NCBI GenBank assembly: GCA_020050435.1
Contig: JAGVKQ010000022.1
Location: forward strand, 17,305 to 81,304
Direction: 5' to 3'
Length of the DNA: 64,000 nt
Origin: Candidatus Caenarcanales bacterium
GTDB taxonomy: Bacteria; Cyanobacteriota; Vampirovibrionia; 2-02-FULL-35-15
How positions within the stretch are numbered: position 1 is the stretch's first letter; every line of letters starts with the position of its first letter. Both the position numbers and the translations under genes were made by a program. Under the pieces are notes generated by a model, which did no database searches, was not told the origin of the DNA, and saw nothing but the letters and a program-made list of their open reading frames with translations. Of the stretch, positions 37,072-46,153 are shown piece by piece.

Positions 37072-37965
37072 TCAACTCTTCTGTCCTACACCATGAGATG
37101 ACATCATCTCTATCAAACACTGAGTGGGCACAGCAGCAGGAGTAAAATCCACATCAGATATTCTAATAGCGCCATGTTGCAACCCAACTACATTTCCATT
37201 TATATCTACTAATGGACCACCACTAAATCCTGCACTGCTAAATGCATTATGAATAATATGTTCTGTTGATTCTTTTTTCTGCATTTTTTCAAAAGAACCA
37301 ATTGTAATTAATTGTTCACCTTGCATAAGAATTGGATTTCCAATTAAGAATAAAGGCTCCTCTCTATCAGTAGGAATTTGTGGTGAAATTGACAGATGTT
37401 CATTTGTTATATCAGCAATTTCTGGAATTCTAATTAAAGCCATATCAGGTTTATAGGAGTCCATATAAAATGCTCTTTCTGCTAAATGGATAAGCTTTGC
37501 TCCATTGATTTTAACTTTTCTTTTTCCACCGATAATAATTTCAGTCTGCAATTTTGAAAGTAGTTCTCTATCTCTTTCAAAATTATTTTCACATCTAGTT
37601 TCAAATCTTGTATGACCTGGGCGAGTATCTATAAGATCACTTATTACATGGCTGTTTGTAATAATGTATCCATTTTCTGCTGCAATAAATCCTGTTCCAT
37701 ACCAATTATGGTTACTATGATCTCCACAAAACCGAACACTTAAATCATGTGCTCTGCATACATTTTGAAATGCTTTATCGCCGGCTAAATCCTCTCTTCT
37801 GAAAAAGTAAAACCCTATATTTTTATTTGCTAAATCACTTTCTTTTAAAGCTCTTGGTGCATATTGAGGTCTCATAGCGACATGACTTTTTCTAAGTGAT
37901 CCTTGTAAAAAATCAGCATTGGTAGTGGGTCCTGCTGTTCTAATTGTAGGTCTTTGAATTTTCAT
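37072..37965 (-). CDS. Trypsin-like serine protease
   Basis: GTGF, ITNSHV (His), PDMAL (Asp) and GFSGGPL (Ser) motifs. Confidence 0.88.
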   Translation of the reverse strand: MKIQRPTIRTAGPTTNADFLQGSLRKSHVAMRPQYAPRALKESDLANKNIGFYFFRREDLAGDKAFQNVCRAHDLSVRFCGDHSNHNWYGTGFIAAENGYIITNSHVISDLIDTRPGHTRFETRCENNFERDRELLSKLQTEIIIGGKRKVKINGAKLIHLAERAFYMDSYKPDMALIRIPEIADITNEHLSISPQIPTDREEPLFLIGNPILMQGEQLITIGSFEKMQKKESTEHIIHNAFSSAGFSGGPLVDINGNVVGLQHGAIRISDVDFTPAAVPTQCLIEMMSSHGVGQKS

Positions 37966-38061
37966 ATTAAATTAGCCGTTCAATTCCATTGAAGCAAAAA
38001 CTTAAAGTCTTAATCAAGTTTTTAAGATTAAATTCTTTTAATAATTGAACTCGCTGCCGCC

Positions 38062-38093
38062 GCTGCTCTAACAAGCTCTACAGTGTTGCCCAT
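38062..38093 (-). other. Second attR-like site
   Basis: 26/32 identical to 35861-35892; encodes GNTVELVRAA. Confidence 0.7.
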
Positions 38094-38183
38094 ATTTATT
38101 CATTTACTTATAAATTTGTCAAATCTTCAACACAGTTTAGTAATTAATACTAAGGGGTAGAACTACCTTGGAGGGTTATACCT

Positions 38184-38834
38184 ATGTTTATATTAGAAGT
38201 ATCGCTAAATGGAAACGGAAATGGAAAATCACAGGCCGACTACAATAGAGAATCAGATCAGGGATTAAGAATTCTTAAAGAAGCTACACAAGAATCATCA
38301 ATTTTAAAATGCAAAACCAATTCTTCTAAGATATATAATTTTGCTAAAGAATTTAAAAATCTTCCAACAGATGCACAATTAACTGTTGCAAAATTAATGC
38401 AATGCAGTGTATTGAAAAATAAAGGACTCTCCGCAGAAGAGATTATAGAAAACCCAGAGTTGATTGAAAGAACTCTTTCTGCACCACAGGAACAAGCTCC
38501 TAATGCTGACACTGAAACATGTAATAAGATGAAGCTAATAAATGTAGATAGAAAATTACACAACTTGAAAAAGTATAAGACTTCATTACAAGCATATTAC
38601 AATATGCATGATACTAAGGAAGTTCCTTTTTCATTACCCCAGATAGAGATGCAGATTAGAATGTTTGAAACACTTGAGGAATCAGGTGTAAAAGATATAA
38701 ATCTTCCCTTAAAATCTGTTGAGCAGGAATTAAATGAAGCATCTAAGATATTAAGATCATTGGAAAGGCAAAATGAAGCTCAGGCAAAGGTTATAAGTGA
38801 AATGAAAAAAGCTTTGCTAGAGTACAACTTATAG
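38184..38834 (+). CDS. Hypothetical coiled-coil protein
   Basis: 216-aa ORF preceded by a GGAGG RBS. Confidence 0.7.
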   Translation: MFILEVSLNGNGNGKSQADYNRESDQGLRILKEATQESSILKCKTNSSKIYNFAKEFKNLPTDAQLTVAKLMQCSVLKNKGLSAEEIIENPELIERTLSAPQEQAPNADTETCNKMKLINVDRKLHNLKKYKTSLQAYYNMHDTKEVPFSLPQIEMQIRMFETLEESGVKDINLPLKSVEQELNEASKILRSLERQNEAQAKVISEMKKALLEYNL

Positions 38835-38837
38835 ATT

Positions 38838-39014
38838 CTAAGCCAACTCGTTTAATATTCCTTTGATGCTTCCAAAAAAGGAGCTTCTAGTTTGTTTGCC
38901 TTTAAGTTCTTCTTTTATGGCAAATTTCGCCCCATCACAAAGCTTCTTAGCTAATGGTTTTGTGGTAAATAGCCTTTTTGTTATTAAGCCAGCCAATTTT
39001 AAAAATGCATTCAT
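38838..39014 (-). CDS. Small basic hypothetical protein (58 aa, missing from the ORF track)
   Basis: MNAFLKLAGLITKRLFTTKPLAKKLCDGAKFAIKEELKGKQTRSSFFGSIKGILNELA fills the gap. Confidence 0.4.
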   Translation of the reverse strand: MNAFLKLAGLITKRLFTTKPLAKKLCDGAKFAIKEELKGKQTRSSFFGSIKGILNELA

Positions 39015-39159
39015 ATTTTGAGCATAATAAATTATTTTTAAGGAGTTATTAAGCTAAATACTAAATTAAAAAAAATTAATCTTTATGTAGATTGCTTGCC
39101 CCATGTTAATACTTGTCAATATTTTAAGACTCCATCCCTTTTATAAGCAGGGGTGAATT

Positions 39160-39960
39160 ATGGGAAATACTTTAATTGCTGGAAAAGAACCAGGAACAGT
39201 TTTTAAATCTAGTGTTGTTAGAACTGAGGCTGATAATGCTCCTCAAATAGAACTTGCTTTTGCTGAAGATGCTAAAGATAAGGTAGTTCTTCAAAAAGAA
39301 GAAAAAAAGGATTCAGATCCTAAAGGTGATTTGAACAAACTATTAACTGACGCTTCTGAAGGAAAGATTTCTCCTGATATATTGAAAAAAATTGATGAGT
39401 TATTTCCTGCAATTAGCAATCAAATAATAAATAGACTTGCTCAAGAGGAAGGAAAGAAAGCTAATCCCTCTAAACTTGGAATTTTAAAGAGCTATACAAA
39501 AGAGGAAATAGAAGCTATTGATGTTATCTTGAAAGATTTAGAAAAAGTTATTAAAAAATTAGATGGAAATAACCAGGAAGAAGCTATTGAATTAAATACT
39601 AGTTTGAAATTACGGTATCACAGATATCAGGGCTTGAAAGCTTCTTTTTCAATGGCTAAAGATTTTAAAGATGTTAAAGATGGAAAAGGTAAAGTAGAAG
39701 AAAAAATACTTACTGTTTTTCCAAAAAGAAATCGTCTCCGTAGACTAGTTGAAGAAACTACTGGGAAATTAGCTACTGCTGAGGGTAAAGAAAAGAAAGA
39801 CCTTGAAGAAGAACTTCTTAAGAGTAAACTTGATTTGAGTAATTCTTTAGGTGAATTAGAAGGATTAAAGTCAGTTGGAATATTTGTTGATATTCAGGTT
39901 TTAGAGATGAGGCTACCTCCTCCTCAACCAAAACCTAAAGCTCCTAATACCTGCGAATAG
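39160..39960 (+). CDS. Hypothetical charged helical protein
   Basis: 266-aa ORF; GGGGTG RBS. Confidence 0.7.
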   Translation: MGNTLIAGKEPGTVFKSSVVRTEADNAPQIELAFAEDAKDKVVLQKEEKKDSDPKGDLNKLLTDASEGKISPDILKKIDELFPAISNQIINRLAQEEGKKANPSKLGILKSYTKEEIEAIDVILKDLEKVIKKLDGNNQEEAIELNTSLKLRYHRYQGLKASFSMAKDFKDVKDGKGKVEEKILTVFPKRNRLRRLVEETTGKLATAEGKEKKDLEEELLKSKLDLSNSLGELEGLKSVGIFVDIQVLEMRLPPPQPKPKAPNTCE

Positions 39961-40145
39961 TTAAATTTCATTATATTTATTGATAATAGATTGTCTTTAT
40001 AATTAAAAAAAGATAAATTTCCTTCTTATTGCTTTAAATTTTACTCTTTTTGTACATTAAAGAAAATTAACCTTTTGACCCTTTATATACAGATTAATGG
40101 ATGTTAAAATCCTATACTTAAAGCTTTATATAAAGGAAATTATAA

Positions 40146-41432
40146 ATGAAATTGAAACTACACACAAAAATATTTATAGCAATAGCTCTTGGTATAGCTA
40201 CTGGATACTTCTTAAAAGACATAACACCAGTTTATATAGCTCCATTTGGTCAGATATTTATGAGGTTATTAAAGCTTCTTGTTATTCCTATAGTTTTTAC
40301 TTCTATTACTCTTGGTGTTTATTCTATCGGTGATACTAAGCATCTTGGCACCATTAGCTCAAAAGCATTTATTTACTTTATTTCTACAGGATTTATAGCT
40401 ACTACGATTGGGCTTATTTTAGTTAATTTGATTAAACCTGGAGTTGGTTCCAGTCTCTCTACAGTAGGTTTAGAAAAAGCAGTTAAAGAGACACCATCTA
40501 TAACTGAGTTGTTTGTTACTATCGCCCCTCAAAATATTTTTGAATCTTTATCAAATGGTGAAATACTTCCTGTAATTATCTTTGCCATGTTATTAGGTAC
40601 GGCACTTATTAAAATAGGTGAAAAAGCAAAGCCAGTTGTTGCATTTTTTGACTCAATGTCAGATGCAGTTATGCAAATTACAGAGTGGATTATTTCACTT
40701 ACTCCTATAGGCGTTTTTGCACTTTCAGCAAACATTGTCGCTACAATGGGATTATCCAGCCTTGTTTCAGTAGTTTCTTATTTCTTTACTGTTGTTCTGG
40801 GATTGGTAATTCATGCATTTATTGTTCTTCCTATCGTACTTAGTGTTTTTGGTGGATATTCACCAGTGGCTATGTTTAGAAATCTTTTACCAGCTTTAGC
40901 TATAGCTTTGCCTACAGCTAGTAGTGCAGCTGCACTTCCTGTAACCATAGAGTGCTTAACTAAAAAAGTTGGAGTGCCTTCTAAGATAGCTAGCTTTATA
41001 GTTTCACTAGGTACTACGATTGATATGAATGGTACAGCCCTTTATCAGGGTGTTGCAGTAATGTTTATAGCTCAGGTATATGGAATCCATTTAGATTTAG
41101 TTCAGCAAGGGATTATCGTAGTAACAGCGTTCTTAGCTTCAGCAGGTGCAGCAGCAGTTCCTGGAGCAGGTCTTGTAACTATGGTTATCATTTTAAATGC
41201 AGTAGGAGTCCCTATAGAAGGTTTAAGTTTGATTCTTCCTGTAGATAGACTTCTTGATTCATGTAGAACACCTGTAAATCTTTGGAGTAATTCAATAGCT
41301 ACAGTTGTAGTTGCTAAGGCTGAAGGTGAACCTCTCGTACCACATTTAGAAGGTACTGATGAAGATCCATTTGTTGGTATTTCAAAAGAAGAAATTGAAA
41401 TGCTTGAAAAGAAGCTAGAAAGAGTTCATTAA
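40146..41432 (+). CDS. Dicarboxylate/amino acid:cation symporter (GltP family)
   Basis: TASSAAALP, LGTTIDMNGT, GAAAVPGAG and VDRLLD..RT motifs. Confidence 0.93.
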   Translation: MKLKLHTKIFIAIALGIATGYFLKDITPVYIAPFGQIFMRLLKLLVIPIVFTSITLGVYSIGDTKHLGTISSKAFIYFISTGFIATTIGLILVNLIKPGVGSSLSTVGLEKAVKETPSITELFVTIAPQNIFESLSNGEILPVIIFAMLLGTALIKIGEKAKPVVAFFDSMSDAVMQITEWIISLTPIGVFALSANIVATMGLSSLVSVVSYFFTVVLGLVIHAFIVLPIVLSVFGGYSPVAMFRNLLPALAIALPTASSAAALPVTIECLTKKVGVPSKIASFIVSLGTTIDMNGTALYQGVAVMFIAQVYGIHLDLVQQGIIVVTAFLASAGAAAVPGAGLVTMVIILNAVGVPIEGLSLILPVDRLLDSCRTPVNLWSNSIATVVVAKAEGEPLVPHLEGTDEDPFVGISKEEIEMLEKKLERVH

Positions 41433-42148
41433 TAATAACTTCCAGCTTTTATGACTTTGTTTATAACTGAAACCTGCTTGTCGTAAGCTTGAGATAGGCT
41501 TTTAAAAATTATATCTATTTTTTCTTTTCTTTGAATCTGTTGAACAGAAGATAGATTTAATTTAATCGCTTCATTTAGACCTTGGATGATACTTTCTTTA
41601 TTGATTTTTCCATAATCCCCTGCTTTTATCTTTTTTACAATACTGCTTAATTCTTTTACAGATTTAAAAATATCCTTATTTATAAGATTTAAATCTGTCT
41701 TTGGATTATGTATGTTTGATCTTATTCTTTCCTGTAAAAGTAATAGATTCGATAGTTTTTGAAGAAGTGGAGAAGCATTTTCATATTTTATTACTCTACC
41801 TTCACCACAATCAATCGTTTCACCACTAAAAATATCTAATATACTTCCTTTAAAATAATTAAGCTTTCCCATACATATAGAATCTGGTGGATTGATTTTT
41901 CCATGTGCATTTGTGATTTGGTTTAATTTTTGATCTATTATGTTTTCTGATTCTTTTGAACTGTTAATAATTAATCCAATGCCAACCCCGTCTATGATAA
42001 TCCACTTTTTAGATTTACCTTTTATAAGTTCTTTAGTCTTCGTATCTAGTAAGATTTTCTCCACTTGTGTGTTCGCTATACAGTCTCCAAGGAAGAAAAT
42101 ATTTAGCAGTATTATTAATACAACTTCTTTCATTAGATAAGTAATCAT
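41429..42148 (-). CDS. Exported hypothetical protein
   Basis: Signal-like N-terminus; 239 aa. Confidence 0.65.
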   Translation of the reverse strand: MITYLMKEVVLIILLNIFFLGDCIANTQVEKILLDTKTKELIKGKSKKWIIIDGVGIGLIINSSKESENIIDQKLNQITNAHGKINPPDSICMGKLNYFKGSILDIFSGETIDCGEGRVIKYENASPLLQKLSNLLLLQERIRSNIHNPKTDLNLINKDIFKSVKELSSIVKKIKAGDYGKINKESIIQGLNEAIKLNLSSVQQIQRKEKIDIIFKSLSQAYDKQVSVINKVIKAGSYY

Positions 42149-42741
42149 TTAGTTTTTGATTTAGCGACAAGGGCTTGTTTTTTTTCTTTAACAAGATTCT
42201 TATCTATAAATAGATTTTTAACAAACTTGCCTTCTTTAAATTCTGTTCTCATCTTTAAAGAACCCTTTTCATCATAATAATTAGCAATTCCATTTAATTT
42301 ATTATTTTTGTAAGGAATCTCAAATTGTAATTTACCATTTGTATAATAAGCATGACTGATGCCATCTTGCTCATTATTTTTAAAGTTCACAGTTAGCCTT
42401 GTCTTACCATTTGGATGATAATTTCTATGTAGTCCTTCTCTAGCACCATTTTTAAAACCTTCTTCACTTTTCAAAGAGCCATTTTGATTATAAGTTTTTA
42501 CTATTCCATTTATTTTTCCGTTTAAGTAATTACCTTCTTCTTTTAATTTCTTATTCTCATAAAACTTTTTATAAGGACCGTTTAATTTTTCATTTTGAAA
42601 AGTGACTTGTTCTTTTGTCGCACCATTCTTATAGGTAATCTTATGGAGTCCATCTTTTCTCTGAGTTGAGGCATAAGATGGATTACAGATAGCTAAAAAA
42701 TTTAAAAGTAATATTGTAATTGATTTTTTCATATTTTTCAT
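42145..42741 (-). CDS. MORN-variant repeat protein (YwqK-like)
   Basis: Repeated G....Y..NG.LK.E..Y.NG units; signal peptide. Confidence 0.9.
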   Translation of the reverse strand: MKNMKKSITILLLNFLAICNPSYASTQRKDGLHKITYKNGATKEQVTFQNEKLNGPYKKFYENKKLKEEGNYLNGKINGIVKTYNQNGSLKSEEGFKNGAREGLHRNYHPNGKTRLTVNFKNNEQDGISHAYYTNGKLQFEIPYKNNKLNGIANYYDEKGSLKMRTEFKEGKFVKNLFIDKNLVKEKKQALVAKSKTK

Positions 42742-42745
42742 CTCT

Positions 42746-43642
42746 CTATTTTAACAGGTAGCCCATTTCTTTCATTACTGGCTCTATGACTGGATATGTC
42801 TTTTCAATTAAGTGAATGTTTTTTTTCCACTTTTCTTTGTCAGGCTTACTTATATAGTTCACTTCTGGTAACTTTTTAGAAAACTTATTTAAACCGCTAC
42901 AAAGTGGGATATCGATAAAATCCGCCATTTCTTTTATATATTTTGCAGGATTTTCAATTAAGTCTTCATATTTTAGTATGTATTTTCTTTTGTCTTCAAT
43001 ACTATTTAAGCTATTCATAGCTGCTTTATTTGACTCTGCCCATTGAAAAGCAGCTATCTCTTCTACTGAATGTTTTCTATAGTTTTCCCATTCGGGAGGC
43101 AAGATAAAACTCCAGTTTTTTACTTCTTTTCTTCTGTATTTTTCAGAACGTTTCCACCCTTCTATTAGAGAGTTAATATTACTTCTACCATCCCGTTTTA
43201 AGAAAATGAATTTACAATCAGGAAAAAGCTTGTTTATAAATGGAATTCGGAAGCATGTCTTGGGAGACTTTTCTATAATTCTATAATTTTGAACAAATAA
43301 ACTCTTGAATATTAAATTCTCTTGCCCAATAAAATCTAATAGCACTTCATTGTTTAAGCTATATTGCCTAACAAATGAGCCCAGATAGTAGTTGTTAAAA
43401 GTAAACTTATGAAATTCATTAAGTAAAAATTCTTTATTTGAGGTGTTTAAGTCTGATTCTGTTAATTGATCGTTCTTAAACTCTATTTCAGAAAAACTAT
43501 AAAATCTTTCCCATATGTCAATAGTTTCTCTATATTGAGACCAAAGCTCTTTACTGTTACTCAAAACAGTTAGCAGTAAACTGGTCCCAGAACGCGGAGC
43601 ACCTATGATTATTACTGGTTTTTTTATTTGTACATTAACCAT
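42746..43642 (-). CDS. Sulfotransferase family protein
   Basis: IIGAPRSGTS, EKSP, RDGR...SL and LKYEDL..P motifs. Confidence 0.9.
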   Translation of the reverse strand: MVNVQIKKPVIIIGAPRSGTSLLLTVLSNSKELWSQYRETIDIWERFYSFSEIEFKNDQLTESDLNTSNKEFLLNEFHKFTFNNYYLGSFVRQYSLNNEVLLDFIGQENLIFKSLFVQNYRIIEKSPKTCFRIPFINKLFPDCKFIFLKRDGRSNINSLIEGWKRSEKYRRKEVKNWSFILPPEWENYRKHSVEEIAAFQWAESNKAAMNSLNSIEDKRKYILKYEDLIENPAKYIKEMADFIDIPLCSGLNKFSKKLPEVNYISKPDKEKWKKNIHLIEKTYPVIEPVMKEMGYLLK

Positions 43643-43725
43643 TCTTTTACCGAGGCTTAACAATATCAAATTTAAGTCAAATTTTCCCTAATATCTCCTT
43701 TTATTCTATTACAGGGGACAAAATA

Positions 43726-44784
43726 ATGACTGTAGAGTTATCGGCAGATAAAGCAAATTCCACTTTTAAATCCAAGGTTGTATATACTAGCGAGAAAATA
43801 GCAGTACCAAATAATAAAAATGAAGATCAAGGTGAAGGTGAAGATATCTTTATTTCAAAACCATCTAACCCTACTCTTGTAAAAGCAAAGTCTACTGGTA
43901 TTTTTGCAATGTTTTCTATGGCTGTAAAAAACTTTGTTTGGGTATTTATCAGTCCTGTTGTTAAACTTTTAAGTTTCATTGAACAATGCAGATGTTCATG
44001 GGCTTTGGAAAAAGTGAAAAATAGAAATAATGCTAAGACCAATGAAGAGATTGAAAAATATCACAACTCAGTTTTATTTGATGAAAATAATCCTGATGAG
44101 AAAAAAATATTTAAATATTTTTTATCTGATAAAAAAGGAGAAAAGCCTTTAATTGTTTTATTTATGGGGAATGCACAAACTCATTTATGGTCTGATTCTG
44201 ATGCAGGAATGATAAAGCTTTATGAGAAGTTAAAAAAGGATAATGAGGCTGATGTCTTACTTTTTAGAGTAGGAAATGCTATAGATGATGTTAAACATAA
44301 ATTATTTTTATCAAATGATTGTTCACTTAGTACAGATATTGTTTATCAGCACTCAGTAAATGTTTTAGAGGATGCTATTTCTGGAAAAGGAATTTTTGCT
44401 GGTCATAGTAAACCATCTAAGGTTTCTTTTGTAGGTTATAGCTGGGGTGGCGGTACTGTGGATAAGCTTTTAAAAGAAGATTGGAAAAGAATAGGACAAA
44501 ATATTCCAGTGGCAGCTACTGTCCAAATTGATGCAGTAAATCTGGGTCTATATAATCTTAGTACTCCTGTATTAAACAGACCATTTCATTCTAGAAGTCA
44601 TTTAAATATTTTTCAAAATAAATATGATTTTTTAAACGGATGTAATCAATCAATTAACGTTGCAGTTGATCAGTCTATGGTTATTGCTGATGAGAGTTCT
44701 ATACATAATGGAGTAGATGACAATCTTGAGGTTTTATCAACAACTTACAGCTTTGTTAAGGAAAGAGTTATTGGAAATAAATAG
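43726..44784 (+). CDS. Alpha/beta hydrolase-fold protein
   Basis: GYSWGG nucleophile elbow; IDAV; late His (IHNGVD). Confidence 0.7.
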   Translation: MTVELSADKANSTFKSKVVYTSEKIAVPNNKNEDQGEGEDIFISKPSNPTLVKAKSTGIFAMFSMAVKNFVWVFISPVVKLLSFIEQCRCSWALEKVKNRNNAKTNEEIEKYHNSVLFDENNPDEKKIFKYFLSDKKGEKPLIVLFMGNAQTHLWSDSDAGMIKLYEKLKKDNEADVLLFRVGNAIDDVKHKLFLSNDCSLSTDIVYQHSVNVLEDAISGKGIFAGHSKPSKVSFVGYSWGGGTVDKLLKEDWKRIGQNIPVAATVQIDAVNLGLYNLSTPVLNRPFHSRSHLNIFQNKYDFLNGCNQSINVAVDQSMVIADESSIHNGVDDNLEVLSTTYSFVKERVIGNK

Positions 44785-44824
44785 CTTATAGTCAAAAATG
44801 GTATTATGATCTATAATTTAAAAC

Positions 44825-45223
44825 ATGTCAGAAAAGATGAAAAAATCTAATGATGAGTGGAAGTCAATGCTTTCAGGAGAAGAATTTTACGTAACACGTT
44901 TGAAAGGTACAGAAAGAGCATTTACTGGGAAATATCATGACTGTAAAGATGAAGGCATTTATAAATGTGTTTGTTGTGGAGTTGAACTTTTTTCTTCAGA
45001 AACAAAATATGATTCAGGTAGTGGGTGGCCTAGTTTCTATGCTCCAGCGAAAGAAACAAATATTCAATCAGAAGTTGATAGTAGTAATAATATGATTAGA
45101 ACAGAGGTTAAATGTAGCAATTGTGAAGCACATTTAGGGCATGTTTTTACTGATGGACCAAAACCTACTGGATTACGTTATTGCATTAATTCCGCATCTT
45201 TAAATCTTGAAATAAATATCTAG
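44825..45223 (+). CDS. msrB: Peptide-methionine (R)-S-oxide reductase
   Basis: [24 protein letters not shown] and RYCINS motifs. Confidence 0.97.
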   Translation: MSEKMKKSNDEWKSMLSGEEFYVTRLKGTERAFTGKYHDCKDEGIYKCVCCGVELFSSETKYDSGSGWPSFYAPAKETNIQSEVDSSNNMIRTEVKCSNCEAHLGHVFTDGPKPTGLRYCINSASLNLEINI

Positions 45224-45939
45224 TTGATAAATTCTGAGCTAGTAATTTGATCGTTTAAATTATCTATATTTTCTGAGATTGTATCTGCTCCTGATGTAAT
45301 TTTTGTTACGCCATGAGAAATTGAAATTGCTTGTTCAAATATTTCTCTTATCATATAGTCTTTCTCATTACTTTTATAGTCTCTCCGTAGCATTAGTTCT
45401 GAAAATCCAACTATTATTGTGAGAGAGTTGTTTATATCACAAATAATGCTATATAGGTCTTCTTGGCTTAAGTTGGCTACTGGTTTAGATACAAACAGTG
45501 GCATGGTGCTTGAATACGAAACTATATTATTTGCTTCAATAACTCTTTTATTGTGGATGTAAATTAGAGAAATTGCAAAAACATAAGAACTCATAAAGAA
45601 TGCAAGTTGAAATCCAGTTAAAAGTGCAAAGCTTGAAAATCCATAAAATAATATATAAGTAACTATTATTGCTGTTCCTACCAGTTGGTTTACTATTACA
45701 CATTTCTTAAGTCTGATATTTTTTATTTGTTTGTCTTTTATATAAACTGCACTGACAGCAAAAAGAATTGATGTTACGAAGTATAGTATTTGCCAGCTGG
45801 CTAAAACTAAATTAGCTGTAACTCCATACACTGCACAATATATAAATAGCAGCCCTGCACCAATTACTTGATTTCTTAAAAGATTGCTTTTTAAGTGCTT
45901 TAAATAAATATCTCTGTCTGCTATGTTTTTTTGATGCAT
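45220..45939 (-). CDS. Membrane protein with a degenerate HisKA-like domain and no ATPase domain
   Basis: About 4 TM helices, then [19 protein letters not shown]; start may lie further upstream (46011). Confidence 0.65.
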   Translation of the reverse strand: MHQKNIADRDIYLKHLKSNLLRNQVIGAGLLFIYCAVYGVTANLVLASWQILYFVTSILFAVSAVYIKDKQIKNIRLKKCVIVNQLVGTAIIVTYILFYGFSSFALLTGFQLAFFMSSYVFAISLIYIHNKRVIEANNIVSYSSTMPLFVSKPVANLSQEDLYSIICDINNSLTIIVGFSELMLRRDYKSNEKDYMIREIFEQAISISHGVTKITSGADTISENIDNLNDQITSSEFIN

Positions 45940-46153
45940 TGTGAAACCCTTATGTTTAGTACTTCCTGTTAAAGTAATATGGTAGAAAACTCCTAAAAAA
46001 TATTGTGGCAATTTCGACGTAATAGAAGATTATCTTAAGTAAATCCTTGGGTAACCCTGAAAGTATGGGTCTAGGTCTAGATGTTGCTACTTAAAGTTGC
46101 TTAAGGGTAGTGTTAGTACCCTTGAATTTTGCTTTACTACCTAGTTCTTATAT

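Noticed and set aside
37061..37072. TAGCAATTAATT matching the lipA insertion
   Set aside because: An AT-rich 12-mer match is plausible by chance in this window.
38903..38934. Possible third attR (gttct-N18-gccccat); also tgccccat near 39097
   Set aside because: Only the spacing and a short core match; the first lies inside a plausible small ORF; likely chance.
42145..42741. Toxin-antitoxin module suggested by the YwqK label
   Set aside because: Exported MORN-repeat protein with no recognisable toxin neighbour.
46113..46133. AAGGGTA...TACCCTT palindrome, and the similar one near 38153
   Set aside because: Spacing differs between the two and no regulator can be assigned; too weak to call.
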